64,000 bases of DNA from Gemmatimonadales bacterium (GTDB lineage: Bacteria; Gemmatimonadota; Gemmatimonadetes; Gemmatimonadales; GWC2-71-9). Position numbers and translations under genes: made by a program. The notes below the pieces were generated by a model. The model ran no database searches. It was not told where the DNA came from and saw nothing but the letters and a program-made list of their open reading frames with translations. The stretch is from contig OZ252244.1 in assembly GCA_965249575.1 (NCBI GenBank), forward strand, positions 3,712,001 through 3,776,000, given 5' to 3'. How positions within the stretch are numbered: position 1 is the first letter of the stretch; every line of letters begins with the position of its first letter. Positions 19,928 through 30,612 of the stretch are shown piece by piece.

Positions 19928-20632
19928 GTGACCGTGTCCGCGCACGGGGAGGGATGCACGGGTGTGCTGGTGCCGGCGGGCGGAAGGGGCGAACGTGCCG
20001 GGGGTGGGGACTACAAGCAGTTCCGCCCAATTCGAGGGGTGCCGATGCTGTTGCGGGCGCTCCGGCCTTTCATCGAGAGCCCCGCGATCGCGGAGATCGT
20101 CGTGGCGCTTCCCGGCCGCGTGGCTTCCGCCCCCCCTTCCTGGCTCGCACACGTGCTCGGCGACCGCGTGCGCGCGGTGTCTGGCGGGGAAACGCGGGCC
20201 GAGTCGGTACGGGCCGCATTGGCGGCGCTCTCCCCGCGTTGCGAGTTCGTCCTGGTCCATGACGCGGCCCGGCCGTTCGTGTCGACGGAAACCGTACGTG
20301 CGGTCATGCAGAAGGCCAGGGATGGCGTTGGAGCCCTCGCAGCGACCCCAGTGACCGATACCGTCAAGCGGGTCGCTGATGACATGAGGGTGATCGAGAC
20401 CGTCGAGCGAGTGCGCCTTTGGAGAGCCCATACGCCCCAGGGCTTTCCTCGAGCGATGCTCGAACAGGCCTTCGCCACCGCGGAGCAGTCGGGCCAACTG
20501 CGCACGACCGACGACTCGGCGCTTGTCGAGGCCGCCGGGTTTCCCGTCTGCGTGGTGCCAGACGCGTCGACGAACGTGAAGATTACCACGCCGGAGGATT
20601 TCGTCCTCGCGGAGGCGCTCGCGGCACGATGA
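19928..20632 (+). CDS. ispD: 2-C-methyl-D-erythritol 4-phosphate cytidylyltransferase
   Basis: AGGRGER, VHDAARP, TPQGF, TDD and KITT motifs. Confidence 0.93.
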   Translation: MTVSAHGEGCTGVLVPAGGRGERAGGGDYKQFRPIRGVPMLLRALRPFIESPAIAEIVVALPGRVASAPPSWLAHVLGDRVRAVSGGETRAESVRAALAALSPRCEFVLVHDAARPFVSTETVRAVMQKARDGVGALAATPVTDTVKRVADDMRVIETVERVRLWRAHTPQGFPRAMLEQAFATAEQSGQLRTTDDSALVEAAGFPVCVVPDASTNVKITTPEDFVLAEALAAR

Positions 20633-21279
20633 CCGCGCTCCCGTTTTCGACCCTTGACGAGGTCGCAGCCGCCATTCCCGCGACGATGGAGCATCTCGGG
20701 CGGGGTGGGGTGATCGCGTGCCCGACCGAAACCGTGTACGGGCTGGGGTCGGGCACCAGAGACGAAGATCTCGAACGACTCGCAACGCTCAAAACGAGAC
20801 TAGTGGCGAAACCCTTCCTGTTGCTCGTGTCGAGTCGAGCGATGGCTGTGGAAATCGGTTTGCGGTTTACGCCGGAGGCGGAAGCGCTGGCCGAGGCCTT
20901 CTGGCCTGGACCGCTGACCCTCGTTCTTCCGGGCGGGGAAGGGCGGGTGTCAGAGGCGCTCCGAGGGGGCACCGGGGGAGTTGCAGTACGCCTGACAGCG
21001 CATCCGGGTGTACGCGAGCTGGTGAGGCACCTTGGGCATCCGATTACGTCGACGTCGGCCAACCGATCGGGCCGTCCGGCCGCCCGGGCCGCCGCCGCGG
21101 TCATGCGTGAGTTCGGGAGCGAGCTGGAGTGCGGACGACTCCTGCTGCTGGACGGCAGGGAGTCCCGGAGCGATACGCCATCAACCGTCGTCGACTGTGT
21201 ACGGCAGCCTAGGTTGGTGCGTGTCGGGGCGATTAGCAGAGCTGACCTTCGGGCGCGAACGTCGAGTCTGGCGTCGTGA
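20629..21279 (+). CDS. tsaC: L-threonylcarbamoyladenylate synthase (TsaC/Sua5/YrdC)
   Basis: PTETVYGL, FWPGPLT and STSANRSG motifs. Confidence 0.92.
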   Translation: MTALPFSTLDEVAAAIPATMEHLGRGGVIACPTETVYGLGSGTRDEDLERLATLKTRLVAKPFLLLVSSRAMAVEIGLRFTPEAEALAEAFWPGPLTLVLPGGEGRVSEALRGGTGGVAVRLTAHPGVRELVRHLGHPITSTSANRSGRPAARAAAAVMREFGSELECGRLLLLDGRESRSDTPSTVVDCVRQPRLVRVGAISRADLRARTSSLAS

Positions 21280-21755
21280 AGAGCGTGCTGTTGGTCTGCA
21301 CCGGCAACATTTGCCGTAGCCCGCTTGCCGAGGTCCTTCTGCGCCGCGAGCTGGCAGAGCGGAACGAGAGCGGCATCACGGTATTGTCGGCAGGCACGGG
21401 CGCGTGGGAGGGGGCGCCGGCCTCGGAAGGAGCGCTACTCGTTGCCCTCGAACACGGGTTGGATTTGTCAGGCCACCGCGCCAAGCTGCTCACGCGAGCG
21501 CTGGTGAGTGAGACGGACCTGGTGTTCACGATGGCCCGTCATCATCGTGCGCGCGTGCAGGAGTTAGGGGGGGAGGGGAGGGTGTACGTACTCGGTGAAT
21601 ACGCTGGGCGTTTGGGCCCCGAAGCGGAGGTGGGGGACCCGTTCGGCGGGGATATCGATCTCTATCGTGAGACGTATGTGGAGCTGGAAGACTTGATGCG
21701 GAAGGCGGCAGACCGGCTGATGAACGAGGCCTCCGATGCGGGTGCAGGCGTCTAG
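21276..21755 (+). CDS. Low-molecular-weight protein Tyr/Arg phosphatase
   Basis: VCTGNICRSP P-loop and DPFGG. Confidence 0.93.
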   Translation: MKSVLLVCTGNICRSPLAEVLLRRELAERNESGITVLSAGTGAWEGAPASEGALLVALEHGLDLSGHRAKLLTRALVSETDLVFTMARHHRARVQELGGEGRVYVLGEYAGRLGPEAEVGDPFGGDIDLYRETYVELEDLMRKAADRLMNEASDAGAGV

Positions 21756-22545
21756 CCGCGTTCTGGCGGTGATCGGGGATCCGATTGCTCATTCGCTCTC
21801 ACCGGCGATGCACAACGCGGCAATCACCGCGTTGGGGTTGCACGCCGTCTACGTTGCGTTCAAGACGGAGGCGGCTTCCGTACCTCACGTAATCCGGGCG
21901 TTCGAGGCGGTGGGTGTTGCGGGCAACGTTACGGTCCCGCACAAGGTCGCCGTCTCACAACTCCTCATCCGGTTAACGACCGTGGCAAAGGAACTAGGGG
22001 CGGTGAACACGTTCTGGCCGGAGGGCGGTCGCCTCGTTGGTGACAACACCGACGTAGCAGGCGTCGTGGACGCCCTCGACGAGATTGACGCCGACGGTCC
22101 GTGGCTCATTGCGGGGACCGGTGGTGCGGCTCGGGCTGTGGCCGCGGCGGCTCGTAGGAGCGATGTCGAGGTGCTCGTCCAGTCGCGGGACCCGCGGCGC
22201 GCGCGGGAGTTCGTAACCTGGGCTGAGCGGTTCGGAGCACGGGCGAGCGTGGATGACGGTCGCCCGATCGGCACCGCGATCAATGCGACCACACTCGGGC
22301 TGCGGTCCGAGGATGGTTTCCCGTTTTCGCCGGAACGCCTCGACGGCGCAGGCGCCGCGCTCGATCTCGTGTACACTTCGGGGGAAACCCCGTGGGTTCG
22401 CACCTGCCGCGTCAACGGGCTGCGCGCGGCCGATGGCCGTCGGATGCTCGTGGCGCAGGGCGCGCATGCGATCGAACGCTTCTTCCCCGGTGTCGAGGCG
22501 CCGCGGGAGATCATGACGGCCTCGGTCGAGCATGAGCTGGCATGA
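21736..22545 (+). CDS. aroE: Shikimate dehydrogenase
   Basis: HSLSPAMHN, NVTVPHK, GAVNT, NTD and GTGGAAR motifs. Confidence 0.93.
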   Translation: MRVQASSRVLAVIGDPIAHSLSPAMHNAAITALGLHAVYVAFKTEAASVPHVIRAFEAVGVAGNVTVPHKVAVSQLLIRLTTVAKELGAVNTFWPEGGRLVGDNTDVAGVVDALDEIDADGPWLIAGTGGAARAVAAAARRSDVEVLVQSRDPRRAREFVTWAERFGARASVDDGRPIGTAINATTLGLRSEDGFPFSPERLDGAGAALDLVYTSGETPWVRTCRVNGLRAADGRRMLVAQGAHAIERFFPGVEAPREIMTASVEHELA

Positions 22546-23335
22546 GTCGGGCTCGGCCGGCCCACGGTGGAGCGCCGCCGCGTTGCAACTAGCGGTTGGG
22601 CCCGCCCGCCGGACCGTGCACACGACCCTCCGCGCCCTCGAGCGGTTCCTCCTCCCCAACTCGTGCGTCGTATGTGAGCGGGCCATTGAATGTGCGACGC
22701 CGGACGCTCTCGTCTGTGCGGTTTGTCGGATCCGTATGCGGCCGGTCGCGCCAGGTTGTACGCGCTGTGGGGAGTCGATGCCGCTCATTGGACCCTGTCG
22801 GTTTTGCGTTCACTGGCCCCCGGCGCTTCAATCCGTTAGGAGCGCCGTATTGCTCACCCCTGAGGCCCGGGGGATCGTCCATCACCTCAAGTACCAGGGC
22901 TACGAATCGCTCGCCACGCTCATGGCGGCCTGGATCGCGAAGTCAGTGTCCCGACCGGCTAGCGCTACGATCATACCCATCCCGATGGCTCGGCGGCGCG
23001 CGAGGGTGCGTGGATTCAACCAAGCGGAGCTGATCGCCCGAGCACTGGGCGCGGAATGGAAATTGCCAGTCGTGGTCGGCGCCCTCAGACGGATTCACGG
23101 CATTCATTCGCAGACGGACCTGACGCCGAGAGAGCGAGAGATCAATGTCAGAGGCGCGTTCCTGGGATCTGACCGGCCGCGCACGGCCCGGGCCCTGGTT
23201 GTGGACGATGTACTGACCACTGGTGCGACGGTCGTGGCAGCTGCTTCGGCGTTGGCGAACGCGGGGTGGAGCCTAATCGAGGCGGTCACGTTCGCGCGGG
23301 CATTGCCGTTTCAGACCCGGGTAATCCACTCCTGA
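22532..23335 (+). CDS. comF: ComF family protein (double zinc ribbon plus PRTase)
   Basis: Four CxxC pairs, RGFNQA and [12 protein letters not shown]; start uncertain. Confidence 0.88.
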   Translation: MSWHESGSAGPRWSAAALQLAVGPARRTVHTTLRALERFLLPNSCVVCERAIECATPDALVCAVCRIRMRPVAPGCTRCGESMPLIGPCRFCVHWPPALQSVRSAVLLTPEARGIVHHLKYQGYESLATLMAAWIAKSVSRPASATIIPIPMARRRARVRGFNQAELIARALGAEWKLPVVVGALRRIHGIHSQTDLTPREREINVRGAFLGSDRPRTARALVVDDVLTTGATVVAAASALANAGWSLIEAVTFARALPFQTRVIHS

Positions 23336-23390
23336 CACCGGAGCGCTGCACCGCCAAGCACTATCACCGAGATCGGGGGGAATACCAACG

Positions 23391-24401
23391 ATGGCTGTAA
23401 AGGTCGCGATTAACGGGTTCGGGAGGATCGGCCGCAATGTGTTGCGAGCCGTCACAGAGAAGAATGGAACCCTAGATATCGTTGCGGTCAATGACATCAC
23501 CGACGCGGCGACCCTAGCTCACCTTCTGACCTACGATTCGGTTCACGGCCGATTCAAGGGGGACATTCACGCCGCCGACGGGGCGATCTCGGTTGACGGA
23601 AAAACGATCAAGGTCCTCGCGGAGCGGGACCCCGCCAGGCTCCCCTGGAAGGAGCTTGCGGTGGACATCGTGTTGGAGTCCACTGGGATCTTCACTCAAC
23701 GGAGTAAGGCCGCTGCCCACCTCGAGGCCGGCGCCAAGAAGGTGGTCATCAGCGCTCCCGCGAAGCAGGAAGACCTGACCGTGGTCGTGGGGGTGAACCA
23801 CGAACGATACGACCCGGGGAAGCATCACGTCATCTCCAACGCGTCGTGCACGACGAACTGCCTCGTTCCGGTGGTCAAGGTGGTCCGGGACGCCTTCGGA
23901 TTCGAGCGGGGCTTCATGACCACCGTGCACAGCTACACGAACGATCAGCGAATCCTCGACCTTCCGCACACGGACCTGAGGCGGGCTCGTGCGGCGGCCC
24001 TGAACATCATTCCCACAACGACGGGTGCCGCTCGGGCCACGGCGCTCGTGATTCCGGAAGTGAAGGGAAAGATCGACGGAGTCGCGCTGAGGGTCCCGAC
24101 ACCGAACGTTTCCCTCGTGGATCTCACGTGCGTGGTCGAGCGAGCCACGACAATCGACGCGGTCAACGATGCCTTCCGGGCAGCCGCAGCGGGCGCTCTG
24201 GAGGGGATCCTGACGGTCTCGGTAGAGCCATTGGTGTCAGGCGACTACATCGGCGATTTCCACTCGAGCACTGTGGACGCTATGAGCACAAACGTCGTCG
24301 ACGGGACGCTGGTTCACGTGTCGTCGTGGTATGATAACGAGATGGGTTACTCGATGCGGTGTGTCGATCTCATGGAGTTCATCGCAAGCCGGCTGGGGTG
24401 A
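23391..24401 (+). CDS. gap: Glyceraldehyde-3-phosphate dehydrogenase type I
   Basis: [18 protein letters not shown] and WYDNE motifs. Confidence 0.98.
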   Translation: MAVKVAINGFGRIGRNVLRAVTEKNGTLDIVAVNDITDAATLAHLLTYDSVHGRFKGDIHAADGAISVDGKTIKVLAERDPARLPWKELAVDIVLESTGIFTQRSKAAAHLEAGAKKVVISAPAKQEDLTVVVGVNHERYDPGKHHVISNASCTTNCLVPVVKVVRDAFGFERGFMTTVHSYTNDQRILDLPHTDLRRARAAALNIIPTTTGAARATALVIPEVKGKIDGVALRVPTPNVSLVDLTCVVERATTIDAVNDAFRAAAAGALEGILTVSVEPLVSGDYIGDFHSSTVDAMSTNVVDGTLVHVSSWYDNEMGYSMRCVDLMEFIASRLG

Positions 24402-25588
24402 AGCGCACGCTGGAGTCGCTGGCCAGCCAACCGCTCGAGGGTGAGCGCGCGCTCGTGCGGGTGGATTTCAACGTCCCGGTGAAACAGGGGCGAGTGACCG
24501 ACGTGACCCGCCTCCGGGCCGCCCAGCCCACCATCCAGTGGCTGCGGGGCAAGGGCTGCCGCGTCGTACTACTGTCCCATCTGGGGAGGCCCAATGGCAA
24601 GCGATCGGATGAGCTTTCCCTAAAGCCGGTGGCTGGAGCGCTCGAACGGGAGTTAGCGATACCGATTCGCTTCTTGAGCGATCCAAGCGATCCCGCGGCG
24701 ATGCGGGCAACCCGGCGAATGCGACGCGGCGAGGTCGCGCTGGCGGAGAACACCCGGTTCTTCCCGGGCGAAGAAGAAAATGATCCCGCACTTGCCGAAA
24801 CATGGGCGCGCCTTGGCGATTTCTTCGTCAACGATGCGTTCGGGACGGCCCACCGGGCCCACGCGTCCACGGAAGCGGTGGCGCATCTCATCAAGCCGGC
24901 CGTGGCCGGGTTTCTGATGGCGCTCGAATTGGAATACCTAGGAAGCGCGCTGACTGATCCCAAGCGACCGCTCGTCGCGGTGATGGGCGGAGCGAAGATC
25001 TCGGGAAAGATCGAGGTAATCGAAGCGCTGCTTTCAAGGGTGGACGGGATCCTGATTGGCGGTGCCATGGCGTGTACGTTCTTTCTGGCCATGGGGCTTG
25101 AGGTGGGGACGTCGCTTGTTGAGAAAGACAGGGTCGACATGGCAGAGGAGCTCCTCGCGCGCGCGGGCGAAAAGATCGTGTTGCCGACGGGAGCTGTGAT
25201 TGCCCGCCGGCTCGCAGCCGGGGTCGACACGAGGAGCGTTGCGCGGGAAGCGATTCGGCGGGAGTGGGGGATGTATGACATCGACGAAGCGACATGCAGC
25301 GACTTCACCTCACGGATCGGCGAGGCCGGAACGGTCCTCTGGAACGGGCCGATGGGTGTGTTTGAGATCCCCCCGTTCAACGCCGGGACAATCGCCATCG
25401 CCCACGGGCTTGCGGACGCCGCCGATCGCGGTACCATCGCGATCGTCGGAGGCGGTGATTCCGCTGCGGCGGTTGCCGTAGCGGGCCTCAGCGAGCGGAT
25501 GACACACGTTTCGACCGGAGGTGGGGCGGCGCTCGAGTTCTTGGAAGGCAAGCCGTTACCTGGTGTGGAGGCGCTCGACGACGAATGA
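24398..25588 (+). CDS. pgk: Phosphoglycerate kinase
   Basis: [33 protein letters not shown] and STGGGA motifs; GTGA overlap. Confidence 0.97.
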   Translation: MKRTLESLASQPLEGERALVRVDFNVPVKQGRVTDVTRLRAAQPTIQWLRGKGCRVVLLSHLGRPNGKRSDELSLKPVAGALERELAIPIRFLSDPSDPAAMRATRRMRRGEVALAENTRFFPGEEENDPALAETWARLGDFFVNDAFGTAHRAHASTEAVAHLIKPAVAGFLMALELEYLGSALTDPKRPLVAVMGGAKISGKIEVIEALLSRVDGILIGGAMACTFFLAMGLEVGTSLVEKDRVDMAEELLARAGEKIVLPTGAVIARRLAAGVDTRSVAREAIRREWGMYDIDEATCSDFTSRIGEAGTVLWNGPMGVFEIPPFNAGTIAIAHGLADAADRGTIAIVGGGDSAAAVAVAGLSERMTHVSTGGGAALEFLEGKPLPGVEALDDE

Positions 25589-26337
25589 GCAGCCCAATCT
25601 TTGCCGGAAACTGGAAGATGCACCTCGGGCCTACCGCGGCCCGGGAGTTCCTCGACGAGTTCCTTCACCTGTACGAGCCGGTGGACGATCGTGGGGTATG
25701 GCTTTTTCCCCCGGCCGTGTCACTTGAGGTGGTGTCGAATCTGGTCGGTGGGCGGCCTGGGTTTCTGACTGGAGCACAAAACATCCATTGGGAATCGAAA
25801 GGTGCGTTTACTGGCGAATTGAGCCCCCCGATGGCCCGGGATGCCGGGGCGGCGCTGACTCTGGTCGGGCATTCCGAAAGAAGGCACGTGTTTGGCGAAA
25901 CGGATGAAGAAACGGGAATGAAGGTCCGGGCGGCCCTGGCGCATGACCTAAGACCTGTTTTGTGCGTCGGGGAAACCCTTGCCCAACGCGAGCGGGACGA
26001 GACGGTAGCCGTGGTGAGCCGCCAGCTTGGCGCGCTCGAAGGACTGGAACACGCAGCCCGCGAGAGGGTCGTTATCGCGTACGAGCCGGTCTGGGCCATT
26101 GGCACAGGCAAGAATGCTTCGCCCGCCGACGCGGCGGAGGTCCATCGTTCCATTCGGGGGTGGTTCCAGGAGCGGGGGGTCGCCCCTGAAGGGGTCTCGG
26201 TCCTCTACGGAGGGAGTGTTAAAGTGGCCAATGTCCGCGCGCTCCTCGAAGAGTCCCAGATCGACGGGGTGTTGGTGGGTGGGGCATCTGTCGATCCCGA
26301 GTCTTGGGCGCAGATAACCCAGACCGCGCTCGATTGA
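25585..26337 (+). CDS. tpiA: Triose-phosphate isomerase
   Basis: GNWKM, GHSERR, AYEPVWAIGTG and LYGGSV motifs. Confidence 0.98.
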   Translation: MSSPIFAGNWKMHLGPTAAREFLDEFLHLYEPVDDRGVWLFPPAVSLEVVSNLVGGRPGFLTGAQNIHWESKGAFTGELSPPMARDAGAALTLVGHSERRHVFGETDEETGMKVRAALAHDLRPVLCVGETLAQRERDETVAVVSRQLGALEGLEHAARERVVIAYEPVWAIGTGKNASPADAAEVHRSIRGWFQERGVAPEGVSVLYGGSVKVANVRALLEESQIDGVLVGGASVDPESWAQITQTALD

Positions 26338-26362
26338 CTAACGTGTTGTAGCTCGGTATGCT
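26334..26362 (+). promoter_or_regulatory. sigma-70-type promoter for secG-carA
   Basis: TTGACT-N17-TATGCT followed by a GAGGAG RBS. Confidence 0.6.
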
Positions 26363-26382
26363 GCGGGCCACCCGAGGAGCCA

Positions 26383-26739
26383 ATGTTTGCGTTCTTACTG
26401 ATTGTCCTGATTGCTGATGCACTGTTGCTGGGTGTCGTGGTCCTGCTCCAGGAGGGAAAAGGGGGTGGGCTCGCGGCCATGGGGGGTGGCGCGTCTAGTG
26501 AGAGCTTTTTTGGTGGTCGGCAGGCGGTGACCATCCTGACAAAGCTCACCTGGTGGTGTGGAGGTGTGTTCCTGTTCCTGTCTCTGGTTCTGGCGGGCAT
26601 GAGCGCCGGAACCTCGCAGCCGCGCTCCGTGCTGGAAGGGCAGCTTGCCCCGCCGACTCCGGTGAGCCCGCTTCCCCTCGACGTCCAACCGGCGCCCGCT
26701 CCGGTTTTCGAGGATGGTGGGGAAGGGGCGGGGAACTGA
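26383..26739 (+). CDS. secG: Preprotein translocase subunit SecG
   Basis: VLLQEGKGGGL and LTKLT motifs; two TM helices; follows tpiA. Confidence 0.93.
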   Translation: MFAFLLIVLIADALLLGVVVLLQEGKGGGLAAMGGGASSESFFGGRQAVTILTKLTWWCGGVFLFLSLVLAGMSAGTSQPRSVLEGQLAPPTPVSPLPLDVQPAPAPVFEDGGEGAGN

Positions 26740-27830
26740 CGCACGCATACGTGTTGTTGGAAGACGGCGCCTGCTTCAATGGACACGCCCGCTCGCCCTT
26801 CCCCCCGCGGCCCGGAGAGGTGGTCTTCACGACGAATCTCTCTGGATACCAAGAGGTCTTCACCGACCCCTCGTATACAGGGCAGATCGTGGTGATGACC
26901 GCGCCGATGATTGGCAACTACGGGGTCAATGGTGAGGATTTTGAGTCCGACCGTCCGCGCGTCAACGGAATCGTCGTGCGAGAGCTCTCCCGCGGGTTTT
27001 CGAATTGGCGGGCAGAGGGCAGCCTAGACGACTGGCTCGCGACCCGAGACATTCCGATCGTCGAAGGCGTCGATACCCGCCGGCTCGCGCGACACATCCG
27101 CTCGGCGGGAGCCATGCGCGGCATTCTCGCGGCGGGCGCGGAACCGACCGACGAGGTCCGGGGCGCTCTTCAGGAGAGCCCGCATATGGAGGGGCTTGAC
27201 CTCGCGTCGGTAGCAACCATCCCGGCTGAGCGGACGGTCGGACCCGACGATGCCCGCCGCCACGTTGTGGCTTTCGATTTTGGCATGAAAGAGAACATCC
27301 TGCGGATGTTTGGCACTCTGGATTGCCGGGTGACAGTCGTCCCATCCAAGACCCCCGCCTCGCGCGTGCGAGAATTGAATCCCGACGGGTTGTTTCTCTC
27401 GAACGGTCCGGGCGATCCGGCTGCGGTCACCTACAGCTTCGAAACCATCCGGGACCTTGCGGCTAGCGGGTTGCCGACGTTCGGTATTTGCCTGGGTCAC
27501 CAATTGCTCGCGCTGGCGTTCGGGGCAGAAACTGTCAAGCTGCCTTATGGTCATCGAGGGGGGAATCATCCGGTCCGCGACCTGACGACCGGGCAAGTCT
27601 TGATTACCAGTCAAAACCACGGATTTGCAGTGCAGGGAAGCACTAAGGGGGTCTCGCGTGCTAAAGAACTTGAGGTGACCCACCTTAACCTGAATGATGG
27701 CACCGTAGAAGGTGTCCGGCACCGAAAGCTGCCCGCATTCGGCGTGCAGTACCACCCGGAGGCCTCCCCGGGCCCCCATGACGCCCGGCGGCACTTCGCG
27801 GAGTTCGTCCAAACCCTTGACAGTCAATAG
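26736..27830 (+). CDS. carA: Carbamoyl-phosphate synthase small subunit (start CTG 26736 or GTG 26751)
   Basis: LLEDG, GYQEVFTDPSY, SNGPGDP, GICLGHQ and QYHPEASPGP motifs. Confidence 0.94.
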   Translation: MTHAYVLLEDGACFNGHARSPFPPRPGEVVFTTNLSGYQEVFTDPSYTGQIVVMTAPMIGNYGVNGEDFESDRPRVNGIVVRELSRGFSNWRAEGSLDDWLATRDIPIVEGVDTRRLARHIRSAGAMRGILAAGAEPTDEVRGALQESPHMEGLDLASVATIPAERTVGPDDARRHVVAFDFGMKENILRMFGTLDCRVTVVPSKTPASRVRELNPDGLFLSNGPGDPAAVTYSFETIRDLAASGLPTFGICLGHQLLALAFGAETVKLPYGHRGGNHPVRDLTTGQVLITSQNHGFAVQGSTKGVSRAKELEVTHLNLNDGTVEGVRHRKLPAFGVQYHPEASPGPHDARRHFAEFVQTLDSQ

Positions 27831-27845
27831 GTAAGCCAATATGTT
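27817..27845 (+). promoter_or_regulatory. sigma-70-type promoter for the HU gene
   Basis: TTGACA-N17-TATGTT overlapping the carA 3' end. Confidence 0.65.
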
Positions 27846-27910
27846 GACCCCCCCACCCGGCACACTTGGGTGGGACCTCCGCCACACTCTGAGCCGTCAA
27901 GGGGGGGTGC

Positions 27911-28231
27911 ATGACCAAGGCGGACCTCGTGGAGAAGGTGACAGCCACGATTGCGCGAACTGCTGGGCCGATGATCTCGAAGAAGGACTGTGCCCGTGTC
28001 GTGGATGCGTTCCTCGACGCCGTGAAGGGCGCACTTGCAGATCAACACAATATCGAGATTCGCGGGTTCGGCACCTTTAAAATCCGACGCCGGAAAACAC
28101 GGATGGCACGCAACCCACGCACCGGAGAGCCGGTGGAGGTGGCTGCCCGTCCTGTCCCGGTCTTCAAGCCATCAAAAGAGTTACGTGCCTTGGTGGCCGA
28201 GGCCAGCGAGAGTGTGACGCCACAGGTTTGA
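27911..28231 (+). CDS. HU/IHF family DNA-binding protein
   Basis: MTKADLV, IEIRGFGTF, ARNPRTGE and FKPSKEL motifs. Confidence 0.96.
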   Translation: MTKADLVEKVTATIARTAGPMISKKDCARVVDAFLDAVKGALADQHNIEIRGFGTFKIRRRKTRMARNPRTGEPVEVAARPVPVFKPSKELRALVAEASESVTPQV

Positions 28232-28266
28232 CGGGGACGGAACCCCTCCGGAGCTTGGTTTTGGAC

Positions 28267-28303
28267 GGCGTCGGCGAGCACATCTCGCCGGCGTCTTTCG
28301 TTT
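28267..28303 (+). terminator. Rho-independent terminator
   Basis: GGCGTCGGCGAG-CACAT-CTCGCCGGCGTC followed by TTTCGTTT. Confidence 0.75.
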
Positions 28304-28370
28304 GGGTGAATGCGGGCGCTTGGAAAAAGGGCTAGCCGCTTCCGACCGAGTTGCTAGATTCCATAGCAGC

Positions 28371-28655
28371 ATGGGCTTGACGGATTCAAAACCGGCCGCC
28401 GCCGGACGCCTCACGGTTCATTGCCGGCTCTTCGCCCAGTACGCGGAGGTCGTAGGGGTTTCGGCGCTGAGCGTGGAGATCCCATCGCCAGCATCCGTAT
28501 CCGACGCGGTCGTGCAACTACGATCTCAGCTGCCGAACGGCCATCTCCTTCCGCAGAAGCCGCTGGTTGCGGTGAATCGTGAGCATGCGCTCGGGGACCA
28601 GAGTCTTACGGATGGAGACGAGCTTGCGTTGTTACCGCCGCTCGCCGGGGGCTGA
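28371..28655 (+). CDS. moaD: Molybdopterin synthase sulfur carrier
   Basis: LFA, VAVN and DGDELALLPPLAGG with C-terminal GG. Confidence 0.9.
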   Translation: MGLTDSKPAAAGRLTVHCRLFAQYAEVVGVSALSVEIPSPASVSDAVVQLRSQLPNGHLLPQKPLVAVNREHALGDQSLTDGDELALLPPLAGG

Positions 28656-28656
28656 C

Positions 28657-29133
28657 GTGAGCCTCCTCACGAGCGAGGCGATCGATCTCCCGCAGCTGAC
28701 CCGGGAGGTCGGCGAGGCTGGGTTGGGAGGGACAGTGGTTTTTCTCGGGACCGTGAGGCGGAGTGCCGAGGATGGGCCAGTGATCGCCATCGATTATTCG
28801 AGCTACGGAGAGATGGCGGAACGGGAGTTTGAGAAGATCCTCGCGGAAGCCCGACGACGCTGGCCGGCGAGTCGGGTCAGGGCACGGCATCGGATCGGTC
28901 GTGTCGAGACTGGCGAAACGAGCGTCGCGATCGTTGCGGCAAGCCCGCACCGTGCCGAAGCGTTCGACGTTGGCCGGTTCGTGATCGAGGAAGTGAAACG
29001 CCGGGTTCCGGTCTGGAAGCAAGAAATCTTCGAAGGTGGCTCGCGGGCGTGGCGCTCGGCCTACGATTCGACGGGCGCCGGAGGGCATGCTATACCACCG
29101 GGGTCTCGCGCGGCGGCTCCCGGGTCCGAATAG
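28657..29133 (+). CDS. moaE: Molybdopterin synthase catalytic subunit
   Basis: FLGTVR, HRIG, SPHRAEAF and VPVWKQE motifs. Confidence 0.92.
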   Translation: MSLLTSEAIDLPQLTREVGEAGLGGTVVFLGTVRRSAEDGPVIAIDYSSYGEMAEREFEKILAEARRRWPASRVRARHRIGRVETGETSVAIVAASPHRAEAFDVGRFVIEEVKRRVPVWKQEIFEGGSRAWRSAYDSTGAGGHAIPPGSRAAAPGSE

Positions 29134-29134
29134 C

Positions 29135-29671
29135 ATGGCGCTGTCAGTCGCGCTCATTCAGCCCAAGATCCCGCCGAATGCTGGCAATGTGGCGCGGTTG
29201 TGTGCTGCCACGGATGCCGCACTCCACCTCATTGGTCCCCTGGACTTCTCCCTCGACGACGCCGAGCTCCGCCGGGCGGGTCTCGACTACTGGGATCAAG
29301 TGGATCTGTGGGTTCACCCGGTATGGCGAGCGTTCCGTGACGCTGTATCGCGCGAACGTTGTCTATATTTCTCCTCGCACGGCCAGCAAGACTATCGGGC
29401 TGCTCCGTTCACCCTGAATTCCGTGCTGGTCTTTGGCAATGAGACCGAGGGGATGCCGGAGCGAGTGCGGGAAAAACATCCCGAGCGCCTTTACCGCATC
29501 CCGATGGGGCGTGGTGTCCGGAGTCTCAATCTCGCAACGTCAGTCGGGATCGTCCTGTACGAGGCAATTCGCCAACTCGGGTTACGTCTCGAGGACGCTG
29601 CCGAGCGCGGTGGATCTTCGGCCGCGCCGCCGGGTGAGTGGATCGATAATCGGGTATCACAACTCAGTTAG
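29135..29671 (+). CDS. trmL: tRNA (cytidine/uridine-34 2'-O)-methyltransferase
   Basis: [25 protein letters not shown] and RSLNLA motifs. Confidence 0.93.
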   Translation: MALSVALIQPKIPPNAGNVARLCAATDAALHLIGPLDFSLDDAELRRAGLDYWDQVDLWVHPVWRAFRDAVSRERCLYFSSHGQQDYRAAPFTLNSVLVFGNETEGMPERVREKHPERLYRIPMGRGVRSLNLATSVGIVLYEAIRQLGLRLEDAAERGGSSAAPPGEWIDNRVSQLS

Positions 29672-29678
29672 GAAGCCA

Positions 29679-30605
29679 ATGCGCAAAATCACCGTGGTGG
29701 GAGCGGGTAACGTTGGTGCGTCGACGGCCCAGCGGATCGCTGAAACCGAGTTAGCGCGTAGGGTCGTGCTGGTAGATATCCTCGAGGGCGTTCCTCAGGG
29801 GAAAGGGCTGGATCAGTGGGAGTCAGCGCCGATCGAGGGGTTTGATACCCGAGTGATGGGCTCCAACGACTACGGACCTGCTGCCGACAGCGAGCTCTTC
29901 GTCGTCACGGCGGGAATCGCGCGAAAGCCGGGCATGAGTCGCGATGACCTCGTCCAGACGAACGCGAAAATCGTGAAGGCAGTCAGTGAAGAGATTAAGC
30001 GGTGCTCACCGGACGCCGTCGTGATTATCGTGTCCAATCCCCTCGACGTGATGTGCTGGGTTGCAAAAACCGTCACCGGGTTTCCACGAGAGCGTGTTGT
30101 TGGCATGGCCGGCGTGCTCGACACCGCGCGCTATCGGAGTTTCTTGGCCGAGGCGTTGGATGCCTCGGTCGAGGACATACAGGGCATGGTGCTGGGTGGC
30201 CACGGAGATAACATGGTGCCCCTCGTCTCGTACACGACTGTCTCGGGCATTCCCGTTACCCAGCTGCTCGACGCGAAACAACTGGACGCTATCGTCGACA
30301 GGACGCGAAAGGGGGGAGCCGAAATCGTCGGCCTCCTGAAAACCGGGTCGGCGTATTACGCGCCCTCGGCGGCTGCCGTCCAAATGGCGGAATCGATCGC
30401 CAAGGACAAGCGGCGTATCCTCCCGTGCGCCGCCTGGCTCGAAGGCGAATACGGACTCGAAGGCCTGTACGTCGGCGTCCCCTGCAAGCTCGGAGCCGGA
30501 GGGGTCGAGTCGATCATCGAGGTCGATCTGACCGACGACGAGCGGGCCGCTCTCCACCGATCAGCCGACGCCGTTCGCTCGACCATGGCGTCTGTGGCCC
30601 TCTAG
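29679..30605 (+). CDS. mdh: Malate dehydrogenase (LDH-like)
   Basis: [27 protein letters not shown] and KTGSAYYAP motifs. Confidence 0.96.
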   Translation: MRKITVVGAGNVGASTAQRIAETELARRVVLVDILEGVPQGKGLDQWESAPIEGFDTRVMGSNDYGPAADSELFVVTAGIARKPGMSRDDLVQTNAKIVKAVSEEIKRCSPDAVVIIVSNPLDVMCWVAKTVTGFPRERVVGMAGVLDTARYRSFLAEALDASVEDIQGMVLGGHGDNMVPLVSYTTVSGIPVTQLLDAKQLDAIVDRTRKGGAEIVGLLKTGSAYYAPSAAAVQMAESIAKDKRRILPCAAWLEGEYGLEGLYVGVPCKLGAGGVESIIEVDLTDDERAALHRSADAVRSTMASVAL

Positions 30606-30612
30606 GGCGGAC

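Noticed and set aside
24379..25668. 429-aa antisense ORF over pgk, and many similar shadow ORFs
   Set aside because: It mirrors a conserved gene and has no motifs. Long antisense frames are expected in high-GC coding DNA.
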